From Octopus bimaculoides (lineage: Eukaryota): 64,000 nucleotides of DNA. The notes under the pieces were generated by a model. The model was not told the DNA's origin, searched no databases, and saw nothing but the letters and a program-made list of their open reading frames with translations. The stretch covers positions 19,762,698 through 19,826,697 of the forward strand of contig NC_068987.1 of the NCBI RefSeq assembly GCF_001194135.2. Reading direction: 5' to 3'. Shown in pieces: positions 1-12,782 of this stretch (position 1 is its first letter; every line of letters begins with the position of its first letter). The position numbers and the translations under genes were made by a program.

Positions 1-1570
1 TATACACTATAGTGATTAAGAAGCTTTTGTTTTATCTTGCTGAATAACTTGACTTCTGGACATGTCCACAAGACAAGTTGAATGAGCCATGTTTACTGTT
101 GGTGGTGATGGGTTATAATGGTGGTGTTGATGGTGATAGTGACAGTGTTAGTAGTGGTAGAAGAGAAAGGCATAAGATGTACTGAAAATGATGATGAGAG
201 CCAAGATGTTTAGATCCTTGACTGAGCAAGCCAATGACGGCAAGTATTCCAGCCATACCCATTCTGTCTTTCATCAAGGCATAATGCATCTAAGACTACA
301 TTATCCAATGTGTCCAATTAAAACAAAAACTAGAAAGAAAAAGAAAAAAAAGACAGCAAGACAAAAAGACAAAAAAGACAGAGAGTAATTCGAGGTAGAT
401 TTGCCTATTTCTAGCAACTAGATAGACCATGAAGAGACTCCTCTGCTGGCTCATGTTGCTGCTTCTGCTGCTGATCGTTGCAAGTGCAATGCATTTAGAA
501 AGCTGCAACATGTCAAAAGCATTGTCTGATATATTGTGCAGAAAGAAAAAAAGGAAAAAAAAAATATCTTGATAGAGATATGCAAAGCAAATACATGATG
601 CACGTTGGAGGATGTTCAAAAAGTAATAAAAAAAGACATTANNNNNNNNNNNNNNNNNNNNNNNNNNNNNNNNNNNNNNNNNNNNNNNNNNNNNNNNNNN
701 NNNNNNNNNNNNNNNNNNNNNNNNNNNNNNNNNNNNNNNNNNNNNNNNNNNNNNNNNNNNNNNNNNNNNNNNNNNNNNNNNNNNNNNNNNNNNNNNNNNN
801 NNNNNNNNNNNNNNNNNNNNNNNNNNNNNNNNNNNNNNNNNNNNNNNNNNNNNNNNNNNNNNNNNNNNNNNNNNNNNNNNNNNNNNNNNNNNNNNNNNNN
901 NNNNNNNNNNNNNNNNNNNNNNNNNNNNNNNNNNNNNNNNNNNNNNNNNNNNNNNNNNNNNNNNNNNNNNNNNNNNNNNNNNNNNNNNNNNNNNNNNNNN
1001 NNNNNNNNNNNNNNNNNNNNNNNNNNNNNNNNNNNNNNNNNNNNNNNNNNNNNNNNNNNNNNNNNNNNNNNNNNNNNNNNNNNNNNNNNNNNNNNNNNNN
1101 NNNNNNNNNNNNNNNNNNNNNNNNNNNNNNNNNNNNNNNNNNNNNNNNNNNNNNNNNNNNNNNNNNNNNNNNNNNNNNNNNNNNNNNNNNNNNNNNNNNN
1201 NNNNNNNNNNNNNNNNNNNNNNNNNNNNNNNNNNNNNNNNNNNNNNNNNNNNNNNNNNNNNNNNNNNNNNNNNNNNNNNNNNNNNNNNNNNNNNNNNNNN
1301 NNNNNNNNNNNNNNNNNNNNNNNNNNNNNNNNNNNNNNNNNNNNNNNNNNNNNNNNNNNNNNNNNNNNNNNNNNNNNNNNNNNNNNNNNNNNNNNNNNNN
1401 NNNNNNNNNNNNNNNNNNNNNNNNNNNNNNNNNNNNNNNNNNNNNNNNNNNNNNNNNNNNNCCTCCACAGCATCAGATTTATACTAACTGTAAATCACAG
1501 CCTTAAATTATTATCAATATAATACAAAGATCCTGATATGTTCAAACATGCGCTTAAAAATTGTACCCCC

Positions 1571-1980
1571 TTAACCCTTTTGACACCAACTTGCCTGAGA
1601 CCAGTGTTGCTCCATGATACAAACTTTGTTTTAAGGTATCTTCATTAACCCCTTCCTTGGCGACTTTGAGAAAACATTTCATTTGCAGATTAATTTTTTT
1701 TTTTTTATCAGACAAGCTTGCACTCTCATCTGATGTATCCAAGCTTCTAATAGAAGGTTCATACTCATTGTCATCTTCTGAGCTCGACATCTGGGCATAA
1801 TTTGTAAAAGATAAAAACTGAGAATTGATGTATAAACTCATCTGTGGCTGTTTTTGAAATTATATATTTTGGACGAGTTTACTCATCACACTCTGAAGAC
1901 GACAAACTGGGTGAAGACAAGTTAACTCGTCTTTGCCGGGTAAGGGGTTAAAAACCACCCATGAAAATTTCATATTATGT
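1571..1980. mobile_element. piggyBac-type MITE remnant, interrupted by a second piggyBac insertion
   Basis: Starts TTAA-CCCTTTTGACACC (1571). Its sequence appears to resume after the nested element at 1952. Right end is degenerate. Confidence 0.5.
1649..1947 (-). mobile_element. Internally deleted piggyBac element retaining an acidic transposase-like N-terminus (MSSSEDDNEYEPSIRSLDTSDESASLSD)
   Basis: TTAA at 1645-1648 and 1948-1951. Imperfect CCCCTT.. terminal inverted repeats. Subterminal GACAAGTTAACTCGTC. The minus ORF 1554-1841 contains a Ser/Asp/Glu-rich stretch typical of piggyBac N-termini. Confidence 0.7.
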
Positions 1981-2149
1981 ATGTTAGCTGTGGCCATACT
2001 GATTATTTAAGTTTGGGAGATTTAGCTGCTATTACTAGCAGATCAAAAGACTACATAGAGGCACCATTCGGTTAGAACTTTGTACCAGTTAAGGTGATTT
2101 TGTTTTGCTGGACAATCGTAGTGCTGCTGCTGATCTTAGTGATAACTCT

Positions 2150-2370
2150 TTCTAAATTTGGCACAAGGCCAGCAATTTTGAGGGGAGGGGGATGCCAATT
2201 ACATCACCGCCTTCTCCACCGTGCTTGGGTGGTACTTATTTTATCGACCCCAAAAGGATGAAAGGCAAAGTCGACCTCGGCGGAATGCAAGCTCAGAACA
2301 TAAAGAGCTGGAAGAAATGCCATTAAGCATTTTGTCCGGCAGAGTAACAATTCTGCCAAGTTGCTGCCTT
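2150..2370 (-). mobile_element. SINE family B (tRNA-like head plus a Meta-like GCCTTTCATCCTTTCGGGGTCGATAA domain)
   Basis: Matches intact copies at 11308 and 40833. Confidence 0.75.
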
Positions 2371-2515
2371 GATGATGATAAGAATAACAGCCGGTTTGTT
2401 CATGGTTATTGTACTGCTGCTAATGATGATGATGATGAATATTTACTCCCTTTAATGACAATTCCTAGTTGGCTCAAACAATAATTCCATTATAAATCTA
2501 ACATATATCATGCAG

Positions 2516-2760
2516 AAGAATAATTCCTGATAGCTGTGTGTGTGTGTGTATGTGTGCACATGCATGTGTGTGTACATGTGTGTGTATGTGTGCATGCATG
2601 TGTGTACATGCGTGTGTGTATGTGTGCACATGTGTATGCATGCGTGTGTGTATGTGTGCACATGTGTATGCATGCATGTGTTTGTGTGAGTCCTCCCACC
2701 AAGAACGTGCAGTGAGAGAGAAACATACCTCATCTCACACATTCCCCTCTTCTCGACCAC

Positions 2761-2800
<40 letters not shown>
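2516..2800. repeat. (TG)/(CA)-rich compound microsatellite
   Basis: Direct reading. Confidence 0.9.
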
Positions 2801-2802
<2 letters not shown>

Positions 2803-3587
2803 TACATGAACACACACTACCACCACTGCAGCTGCCGCCACCACCACCACCTAATTAATGACCACGGACTCCATGTTTGTTTATTCATTTGGCTAAGGCA
2901 GGTAATCAATCCGTAAACGATCATAAAATCCACTAATTAAATGCATGCAAATTAGTGCATCACGTACACATTTAAAGACAAAAACAAAAAATGCCCTCCT
3001 CCTCCACAGCCATCTTCCTCCCATCCAAGGTGGTTCCATGTGGGCCCCTTTNNNNNNNNNNNNNNNNNNNNNNNNNNNNNNNNNNNNNNNNNNNNNNNNN
3101 NNNNNNNNNNNNNNNNNNNNNNNNNNNNNNNNNNNNNNNNNNNNNNNNNNNNNNNNNNNNNNNNNNNNNNNNNNNNNNNNNNNNNNNNNNNNNNNNNNNN
3201 NNNNNNNNNNNNNNNNNNNNNNNNNNNNNNNNNNNNNNNNNNNNNNNNNNNNNNNNNNNNNNNNNNNNNNNNNNNNNNNNNNNNNNNNNNNNNNNNNNNN
3301 NNNNNNNNNNNNNNNNNNNNNNNNNNNNNNNNNNNNNNNNNNNNNNNNNNNNNNNNNNNNNNNNNNNNNNNNNNNNNNNNNNNNNNNNNNNNNNNNNNNN
3401 NNNNNNNNNNNNNNNNNNNNNNNNNNNNNNNNNNNNNNNNNNNNNNNNNNNNNNNNNNNNNNNNNNNNNNNNNNNNNNNNNNNNNNNNNNNNNNNNNNNN
3501 NNNNNNNNNNNNNNNNNNNNNNNNNNNNNNNNNNNNNNNNNNNNNNNNNGAGAGAGAGAGTGTGAGAGAGAGAGAGTGAGAGAGAGA

Positions 3588-3622
<35 letters not shown>

Positions 3623-4409
3623 TGTGTGTGTGTGTGTGAGTGAGAGAGAGTGTGCATGTGTGACAGTGTGTGTGTATGTGAGAGAGTGAGTGTGTGTGTG
3701 TGTGTGCGTGCATGTATGCGCATGTGAGTTGGCAAGTGTGCGCGTGTGCATGTGTGTTGGTGCGAGTGTGCATTGGCTTCTGATTGGACCCTGTGGAGGA
3801 AGTGCCTGAAGACTCTACCCAACCCCAATGACCCTCTCAGGAATAGGGAGTTGAAGAAGATGGACAAATGGATTTCCTTCTCTAACCTTGCTTTCCCTGG
3901 AGTAGTTCAAGACAAAAGCATTAACCATATCAACAACCCCCACCTCAGAGGGCTTGCCAAGATGATGAGCGCAGCCCCTTCCTTCAGATCAAGCCAGGAT
4001 AAAAAGAAAAAAGAAAAAAAATTATTATTATGCCAATTATTCTAAACTCTAAGAATTATTGCAAAGTTATCAACTTCCAGCCTCACACAACCAACCAACA
4101 CACAGAATACACACTACTTGTACACAGGAAACAAGTAGCTTCTGTACCACTAACCTAACTCTTATATTGATGCTGCAAACATTTTCAAAATTTTTAAAAA
4201 ACAAAAATAACTCTTTGGGTTTCACTTTTTTAAACCCAATAAACACCCACCCAACCAACCAACCATCCATCCATCCATCCACCACTATGGAATTTAGCAT
4301 CAATTAAAGTAGCAAGAGGAAACTCCTACACAGGAAAACCGGAGTCATTTTTTATTAGATATTGAACTTGATATTGGAACAAACAGAAGTTTTTTGGGGT
4401 TTTTTTTCG

Positions 4410-4454
<45 letters not shown>

Positions 4455-4679
4455 AAAAAAACAAACAAACCCACAAAGACATTGATTTCTGAGATCACTT
4501 GTATACAAGACAGACCTATGCTGATGGATTCTTTAACACAATTTGCTAAATTAAAGAAATCATATTTATATAATTGTATGTACTCACGTGTAAAACAGAC
4601 ACGTGTATATGTGTAATGCTGATATGGGCATGTGTTGCAGCTATCATAAAAGAAATCATTATTATTAGAATATTGGGGA

Positions 4680-4867
4680 AAAAAAAATGCTTTGCAGTAT
4701 TAGTTCCAGATCTTCTGGTTTCAAATCACTCCAAGGTCAACTTTAACTTTCATTCTATCAGAGTCAGTAAAATAAAGTACCAGTCAAGTATTGGAGTACA
4801 AGAAATCAAGTAAACTCCTCCCCTCAAATCTACTGACCTTGCTCCCAAATCCTTAATTATAATTATT

Positions 4868-4902
<35 letters not shown>

Positions 4903-5200
4903 ATAATAATAATAAGGTGGCAAGCTGGCAGAATCATTAGCATGCCAGGCAAAACGCTTAGCAGCATTTCATCTGTTTTTATGTCCTGGGTTCAAATTCT
5001 GCCAAAGCTGATTTTGTCTTTCATTCTTTCAGGGTCAATAACGTAAGTACCAGTTGAACTCTGGGGGTTGATGTAATCAATTTACCTACTCCCTCAAACT
5101 TGCAGGCCTTGAGCCAAAATTTTTTGAAATCATTATTATTATATCAAGGCACTGACCAAACAGAATCATTTGAGCATCAGAAAAAATGCTTTGTATTAGT
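4680..5200 (+). mobile_element. Cluster of family B SINE copies, tandem and partly truncated
   Basis: AAGGTGGCAAGCTGGCAGAATC head at ~4915 after (AGT)n(AAT)n, plus partial copies on either side. Confidence 0.7.
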
Positions 5201-5543
5201 TTAATCCAGATTTTCATGATTACGACCCTGCTTTCCGGGACCAGTGACTGATGCTTAGAAGGAAGTTACTTTCACATAGGACACCAACCATCGATGGTTG
5301 AAACAGAGTGGGTTCCTCATTCAGAGTGTGCTCTGATCTCAGTAGGAGCCAGTAACTAAAATATAGATCTCAAGAATATGAGACAGAGATGAGCAATACA
5401 AAAGAGTAAAGTATCTGAGACCCCAATATCTAAACAGATCAAGTCATCGAACAGTTTTTAGCCCTAGGTCAAATTTTGACTTAATGAACCTAGATCAAAG
5501 GTATTTCAGTTGTAATGACCCCCAACTTCTATATCATCATCAG

Positions 5544-5950
5544 TACTCTTTTACTTGTTTCAGTCATTTGACTGTGGCCATGCTGGAGCACCGCCTTTAG
5601 TCGAGCAAATCGGCCCCAGGACTTATTCTTTGGAAGCCTAGTACTTATTCTATCGGTCTCTTTTGCCAAACCGCTAAGTTACGGGGACGCAAACACATCA
5701 GCATCGGTTGTCAAGCGATGTTGGGGGGGGGGGAACAAACACAGACACACAAACACACATACATACATACATACATATATATATATACGACTGGCTTCTT
5801 TCAGTTTCTGTCTACCAAATCCACTCACAAGGCTTTGGTCGGCCCGAGGCTATAGTAGAAGACACTTGCCGAAGGTGCCACACAGTGGGACTGAACACAG
5901 AACCATGTGGTTGGTAAGCAAGCTACTTACCACATGGACACTCCTGCGCC
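5544..5950 (-). mobile_element. SINE family A (tRNA head, CORE-like GGCACCTTGGGCAAGTGTCTT block, internal (CA)/(TA) tract, GTAAAAGA tail)
   Basis: Near full-length and closely similar to the copies at 6816 and 34767. Confidence 0.85.
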
Positions 5951-6815
5951 TGGATATAATTTGAGAAAAATTTGACTGCTGTTTCTAACAGATCATTAGC
6001 TAGAGTTTGACATTATGAGACTTGGAGGGAATGACAATGTCCACAAGGACAAAATGTGGGAGTGTGTATATGAAATTATGGTATCAGAAAAGAGTTCCAT
6101 CTCAGATCAAGTTTGAAGTATTTTGAGCATGGACAGCAAATAGAGCGAATTTCTGTTGAGATATGAAGTGCTGATCTTTTGGCTAGTAAACCAACACACT
6201 GTAAACTCAATCAGCTGCAACACATGTATCAAACTCATTGGTCTCTGAGGACCGGCAAAGGCCATGAGTACAGCTCCTTCCCCAGACCAAGTCAAGAACA
6301 CCTACACGCACCACAATGTGATATTAAGAATGAAGGATAACGGAGGAAAATGTAAGTCTAGGATAAGTATACCATATAACAGATAAGATTGAATAGAGCA
6401 GGTATCCAATTATAAAGTAATAACAACAATAATAATAATAATAATCGTATGCAAGAGGGGTTATTGATAGTTTCAAGAATGTGAGGTTATCGTTATGCAA
6501 GTTGAGTTTGTGTGTGTGTGTGTGTGTGTGTGCAATGCTGCTTTGGAAAATATTGCTTACTTGGATGGATGAAGGTAGAGAGATGAAGAAAGAAATAGTA
6601 ATGGATATGGGGAGAGAGAGAGAGTGTGTGTGTTGAGATGGAAGTCAGTCAGAGAGAGTGAGGCCGAGAGTAAACACCAACAATCAATATTCCGAATAGT
6701 AAATTTTCCTACTCTCATAACAAATCGATAGCAACAACAACAACAACAACAACAACAACAGAAGTAAATCAGCAAATAGATGTAACTCAAGGAATTGTAA
6801 ATATTCAGGGATATA

Positions 6816-7213
6816 TACTCTTTTACTTGTTTCAGTCATTTGACTGCGGCCATGCTGGAGCACCGCCTTTAGTCGAGCAAATCGACCCCAGGACTTATTC
6901 TGTGGAAGCCTAGTACTTATTCTATCGGTCTCTTTTGCCGAACCGCTAAGTTACGGGGACGTAAACACACCAGCATCGGTTGTCAAGCGATGTTGGGGGG
7001 GACAAACACAGACACACAAACATATACACACACATACATATGCATATATATATATACAATGGGCTTCTTTCAGTTTCCGTCTACCAAATCCACTCACAAC
7101 ACTTTGGTTGGCCCGAGGCTATAGTAGAAGACACTTGCCCAAGGTGCCATGCAGTGGGAATGAACCCAGAACCATGTGGTTGGTAAGCAAGCTACTTACC
7201 ACACAGCCACTCC
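6816..7213 (-). mobile_element. SINE family A, near full-length
   Basis: Same blocks as 5544-5950. Confidence 0.85.
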
Positions 7214-7697
7214 ATATAAAACAAAAAAAAAAAGGAACCTTCGAATGACTGGAAGTTACTGTAGTGAGGACATAATATAACTAAAAAAAAAAAGGGATAA
7301 AAAAAGACAAAAAAATAGTTTCAAATATAGGCACAAGCAGTAGTAGGGTCAGGTTCCAAAGTTAGAGGGAGCAAACACATGAAAATAAAAAAGGCACCAT
7401 GATACATACCAAACAATTTTTAACTCATTTCTCTTATATTGAGTGAAATATTTCATTAGTTATAATACACTTAGTTGTATTCTATATTCGTTAATTCTAT
7501 GTTTCAGTAACAATGTTATTTTGTATGAAACTTGTAACTGCTAATATAGGTTATGACATCAGGGATTGTTTTGGCTTTTCAAATGTCAGCAACCAACGTA
7601 TCGTATCGCAGGAGATTGAGCAGACAATTAAAAAAAAACATGGGAGGTTGGTCAAATAAAGTAAGGATTTCAGAGAGTTCTTCCAAGGTCATGCAAT

Positions 7698-7787
7698 TAC
7701 TCTTTTACTCTTTTACTTGTTTCAGTCATTTGACTGCGGCCATGCTGGAGCACCGCCTTAAGTCAAGCAAATTGACCCCAGGACTTC
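7698..7787 (-). mobile_element. SINE family A, 3' fragment
   Basis: TACTCTTTTACTTGTTTCAGTCATTTGACTGCGGCC. Confidence 0.8.
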
Positions 7788-7999
7788 TTAACTATACAGC
7801 CACAAGTTTCAACTTTATAGAAAGGGAAACACCCAATTGGACAAACTCTAATACTTACCCGATACTTCTTATGTCAACCCCAATGGAAGTTTAACTCGGC
7901 TGCATGAAAAAAAACCTAACTGAACACCACAAGGCATTTTCTTTGACGTTTTAACAATTCTGCCAATCCACCAACTGAATTATTTTAAAATTGGTTCCA

Positions 8000-8250
8000 T
8001 CGGTTTCAGTTCACTGGAACAGATTGCTCATGAAATTAATGTGCAAGTGGCTGAGTACTCTATTAACACATATACCCTTAATGTAGTTCTGAAGGAGATA
8101 CGGTGTGACACATAGTGACAAGGCTGGCCCTTTCAATTACAGGTACAATTCATTTTTGCTCGCTGAGTGGGCAAAAGCAATGTGAAATAAAATGTCATCA
8201 GGAATTGAACTCATGACCCTACGACTGTGAGCCATATACCCTAACCACTA
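8000..8250 (-). mobile_element. Old diverged SINE related to families C/D
   Basis: GTGCAAGTGGCTGAGTACTC and GTGACAAGGCTGGCCCTTTC blocks shared with 20750-21135. Confidence 0.65.
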
Positions 8251-8789
8251 CACCACACACCTTCAGCAATTGAATTATGCTATTTTGATATCATTAGCCA
8301 GTTGAGACAATTGATACCTCTCACTTGCAATATCTTCATATTACGGATTTGAAGCAAAAATTTAAAAACAAACAACAAAACTATGTCTACTATATGTGGC
8401 ATCCCAGCAGTTAGAGTGAGGAGGAAGCAGAGGGGGAAGAGGAGGAGGAGTAGCAGATGTTACTGTCAGTTATAGGAATTACTTGCTATTCATTGTTTAA
8501 TACAAATGCTTGTCTTTGTGGTGGTCTATGAATAGACTGACAAACTAAATAGAGGTATCACAACAACAACAATCAAGTGTCGAGAATCTCCAAGCTCAGT
8601 CTTGATCTAGAAGACTTCAAACTCTAAAACATCCATCCCTTTGTGACTTTTGGTTTCAAGTATAGAACTACCTTATCCAATGTGCAAGAAAGAGATAAAG
8701 AAAAAGAGAAAGATTTGACTGCTATTTCTAGCAGAGTGAAAAACCACATTAGTAGCTCCCTCATTGACTTATGTTCTTGTCTGATTGGT

Positions 8790-9000
8790 GTTGCTTAACC
8801 TCAAATCAGCCCTGATCAAGCAGATCTATGTATGATCAAACAATCCATCCTTGACCATCCCATCTGTTTCCTAAGTGCTGAGACTTCAAGAGACCTCATT
8901 ATTTAATATGTCCTTTTCTAAAATGCTGGGATGTGATTTGTGAGAGACTTAGCTGCTACTTTTAGCAGGTTGAGTGATTAGTGAGAGGCATCCTTGAAGG
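8790..9000 (-). mobile_element. Dispersed unclassified retroposon-like repeat (family E, marked by GCTATTTCTAGCA). Other decayed copies lie at approximately 240-450, 12985-13215, 18650-18800, 20385-20750, 21140-21360, 26215-26340, 38600-38795, 49030-49220, 52200-52430, 53400-53620, 55690-55870 and 57480-57890
   Basis: Recurring blocks GATTTGGCTGCTATTTCTAGCAGG, GGACACATTGGATAATGTAGTCC and TGATCAGGGCTGACCTGGG, the last followed by an (AAC)n-like tail. Confidence 0.6.
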
Positions 9001-9379
9001 TGACAGCAACCAGATCCTCCTCTGGGTTGGCATAGGCAGAGAGGTGGTCAGCTGAAGACGTGGTCATGACAGTCAAAGAAGATAGGGAGCATATTTCTGG
9101 CCCTTGAGTCTTTGGCATTTGTCACTGGAACCAGAAATGGCTTCAACCATGATGTGGTGAACTCAATAGGAGCCAGCTTCACCCCTCCCACATGAATGTT
9201 GTTACAAGAGGAGACCCTTGACTTGTTCGTTTCAGGCTAGAAAAGCAGATGGAAGAAAGAGCCTTAAGGAAAATAACACAACATAAAACCTAACTAATCT
9301 ACAAAGAGAGCCTCTATGCAGTCACTTGAATTTGTTAGAAATACCAGCCAAATCTCCCACAATCACATCCATTTATCTT

Positions 9380-9582
9380 TGAGAGAGAGGAGGGGAGAAA
9401 GAGGGAGAATGGGGGAGAGAAGGGGGGATAAAGAGGGAGAGAGGAAGAGAAGGAGAGAGGAAGAGAGGGAGAGAGATAAGAAAAAGGGAGAGAGAGAAAG
9501 ATAGAAATAGAGAGAGATAGAGAGAGAGAAAGAAAGAGAAAGAAAGAAAATAAAAGAGAGAAAGAATGAGAAAGAGAAAGAA

Positions 9583-9617
<35 letters not shown>

Positions 9618-9670
9618 AAGAAAGAGAGAGAGAGAGAGAAAGAGAAAAGTGAGAGAAAGAGAGAGATGAC
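9380..9670. repeat. (GA)/(GAAA) purine microsatellite
   Basis: Direct reading. Confidence 0.9.
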
Positions 9671-10033
9671 AAACTGAGCAATGTAGCTTAAAGATAAAAT
9701 ATGATGGTATGGTTTGATCATAGCTGGAATACTGCTGCTAATCATAAGACCTGTTAATCTGTTAACCAGGGGCCAAACAACAACAACAACAACAAAAATA
9801 CCCACATGCCTATCAGGAAAAGAGAAAGCAGAACAGCTCCAATACAAACATTAAAAATGCCTTAGTTAAAAGTCATCAACACTAGCATTAGTATATCAAG
9901 GAAAATTAATTAACTGCAGTCGAAATGTTTCTTTACGAAAAAAGAAGGTAGCTTCACAGAATTTTCATTGGAAATACAGAAACTACACTAAATAAAGGTG
10001 TGAGAATTCAAATTTGGAATATTAGATGTGCAC

Positions 10034-10490
10034 ACACAGGTAATATAAACATACATGTGTGTCTACACATACACAGAGGTATATAAACATACATGTATAT
10101 CTATACAGAGGTATATAAACATCCACACACACACACACAGGTATATAAACATACATGTATATCCACACACACACAGGTATATAAACATACGTGTATATCT
10201 ATACATACACACAGGTATATAAACATACATGTATATCCACACACACAGGTATATAAACATAGATGTATATCTACACATACACACACAGGTATATAAACAT
10301 ACATGTATATCCACACATACACAGAGGTATATAAATATACATGTATATCCACACACACACACACACAGGTATATAAACATACATGTATATCCACACACAC
10401 ACACACACACACACACAGGTATATAAACATCCATGTATATACGCACACACACACAGAGGTATATAAACATACATGTATATTTACACATAC
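10034..10490. repeat. Minisatellite: CAGGTATATAAACATACATGTATATC core plus variable (CA)n linker, roughly 13-14 units
   Basis: Direct reading of the repeated core. Confidence 0.9.
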
Positions 10491-10604
10491 ACACACATGG
10501 AAAAATAAATCCTTTTACAGTGTGAATGATGAAATTACTTTTGAATCATTTGCTTTGCAATGAGAGAGAGAGAGAGAGAGAGAGAAATAGAGAGAAAAGA
10601 GAGG

Positions 10605-10652
<48 letters not shown>

Positions 10653-11307
10653 GAGAGAAAAGAGAGGAAGAGAGAGAGAGAGAAAAAAAGAGAGAGAGAG
10701 TAAGAATTTCTTCTTTAGTCTTTAATTTATTTCTTAAGAGAATTAACATCCAACTGTTCTCGTTAGCGTGTCAAAATAATTACATTTTTAATGACATTAC
10801 AGAATTATTCTTCTTTCCTGTCATCACTGTGGTGGTGGTGGTGGTGGTGATTGTTGTTGCTGGTGTTGTTTTAGCCTCTGTTCAGTTCTTATTGAAGAGC
10901 AGACTTGATGAAAAATGTTCCAGCCAGGATTATCCAGCTTTTGTTTGTTTATCTTTGCATGACATTATCTAAGATACCCTTAATTTTTGAAGATAAAGGC
11001 GTCACTTAATTGAAACCGAGCTGCTGTTTCTAGAAAATTGATGGCTCACAAATGGCTGATTCATGCCCTTACAAGATATATTTTATCTTTTATCTATAAC
11101 TTGTTTCAGTCATTGGATTGTGGCCATGCTGGGGTACTGCCTTGAAGAATTTTAAATGGACGAATCGACCCCAGTACTTAGGTTTTTTTTTTTATTTATT
11201 TCCTTAAGCCTGGTACTTTTCCTGTTGGTCTCTTTTGCCGAACCACTAAGTCATGGGGATGTTGACACACCGGTTGTTAAGCAGTGGTGGGAGACAAATA
11301 CAGACAC

Positions 11308-11539
11308 GGCGGCGAGCTGGCAGAAATGTTAGCACGCCAGGCGAAATGCTTAGCGGTATTTCGTCTGCTGCTACGTTCTGAGTTCAAATTCCGCCAAGGT
11401 TGACTTTACCTTTCATCCTTTCGGGGGTCGATTAAATAAGTACCAGTTATGCACTGGGGTCGATATAATCGACTTAATCCCTTTGTCTGTCCTTGTTTGT
11501 CCCCTCTATGTTTAGCCCCTTGTGGGTAGTAAAGAAATA
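11308..11539 (+). mobile_element. Intact family B SINE with 14-bp TSD, nested in a minus-strand family A copy (~11085-11570)
   Basis: TSD ACAAATACAGACAC at 11294-11307 and 11540-11553. Confidence 0.9.
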
Positions 11540-11845
11540 ACAAATACAGACACAAAGAGACACAGATTATATATATATCAAAAACCTTTGATTGAAGGTG
11601 TAATTAGTCAATAATGATCGAAGCCTAAATATCATCAATAACTTTGTCACCACTGCCATTATCACTCATATCAGTTTAATTGTAAGAACCATCAACGTTA
11701 TCACTAAACTGTATACTACCTCTACCATCATCAGCATCACTGTCTTAATCATATTGTCATCTCATAACCATCACCAGTGAACTTGGTAGACAGAAACTGA
11801 AAGAAGTCCATTGTGTGTGTGTGTGTGTGTGTGTGTATACACACA

Positions 11846-12550
11846 CAGGGGTTGAACAAAATAATGGAAACACCTAGCATCATAATTTTGAAATATCTAT
11901 AAAACTGTCAAAAGCTTGTTCATTTTTATGTTTTTTGATTTATTATTAGTGTTGCTTAATTTGTTTTGCTAAAATTGCTGCTTCTTTTCGGATATCATCA
12001 GAAAAAGGTAATTAAAATTCATTAAAATGACAGATCTATCGGACTTTCAAAAAGGTCAAATTGTTGGTACTTGTACGGCAGGCACTAGTGTAATGAAAAC
12101 AGTCAAAATGTTTGGTGTCTCGAAAGTAATGACAGCCTTTGAGAAAGAGGGAAAAACCTCCTTGTCGAAACAAAACTCCAGAAGAAATCCAAAACTTTCA
12201 GATAGGGACCCTCAGACTCTTACATGAATTGTTAGAAAGGATCACAAAAGTACAGCTCCCAAAATTACTGCAGAGCTTAATGACCACCTCGAGAACCTAG
12301 TTTCCACAAAAACTATTTGCTAGGAGCTGCACAAAGCCGGATTTCATGGGAGGGCTGCAATCAGAAAACCACTTCTTTCAAAAACAAACGTTGCAAAGCG
12401 TTTAGAGTGGAGTAAAATCCTACAGAATTGGTCCCCAGAGCAGTAGAAGAATGTTATTTTTTCGGACGAGTCATCCATTACCTTATTTCCGATCACCGGC
12501 CGAGTATACATGTGGAGACAGCCAAAAGAAGCATTTGACACAGACTGCCT
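11846..12550 (+). mobile_element. Tc1-family DNA transposon, 5' half (left TIR plus decayed transposase HTH and start of the DDE domain), 3'-truncated
   Basis: TIR-like CAGGGGTTGAACAAAATAATGGAAACACC. One frame reads MTDLSDFQKGQIVG...KLSDRD...ELHKAGFHGRAAIRKPLLSK...VIFSDESS...YMWRQPKEAFDTDCL with 3 in-frame stops. Confidence 0.9.
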
Positions 12551-12585
12551 GAAAAATGAGCAATTTCTATTTATTATTCATAGAG

Positions 12586-12782
12586 CACTGGTCCTCAACC
12601 TTTTTAATATCCAGCCTGAATTCAAAACAGTGATTTTTTTGCTTTTTAGGGGCCACACTAAAGTAAAAGGAAAATCAGTTAAAGAAAAAATTATTATATT
12701 TATAGTGAAGAGACTGTTGAGGGCCACCAGAAGGATGCTTGAGGGCTGCATGGGACCTGTGAGCAGTGGTTTAGAAGCACTG
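12586..12782. mobile_element. Decayed hAT(Charlie)-type MITE
   Basis: CACTGGTCCTCAACCTTTT ... GGTTTAGAAGCACTG termini, degenerate. Confidence 0.45.

Noticed and set aside
296-1522. Long ORFs of 285-390 aa, and similar ones at 2893-3867, 16215-17286, 19039-19920, 30334-31216, 41221-41808 and 53622-54473
   Set aside because: They are open only because they run through N-gaps.
2452-2858. His/Thr-, Cys/Val-, Tyr/Ile- and Glu/Arg-rich ORFs here and at 9335, 10063, 34900, 44945, 55137 and 63729
   Set aside because: Translations of microsatellites.
3746-4045. 99-aa ORF in GC-richer sequence
   Set aside because: No recognisable motif or convincing splice sites.
9000-9250. Exon-like GC-richer stretch
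   Set aside because: No frame gives a recognisable peptide, and stops occur in all long frames.
10034-10490. CRISPR-like repeat/spacer appearance, also at 50934-51036
   Set aside because: The spacers are (CA)n or absent, the context is eukaryotic, and there are no cas genes.
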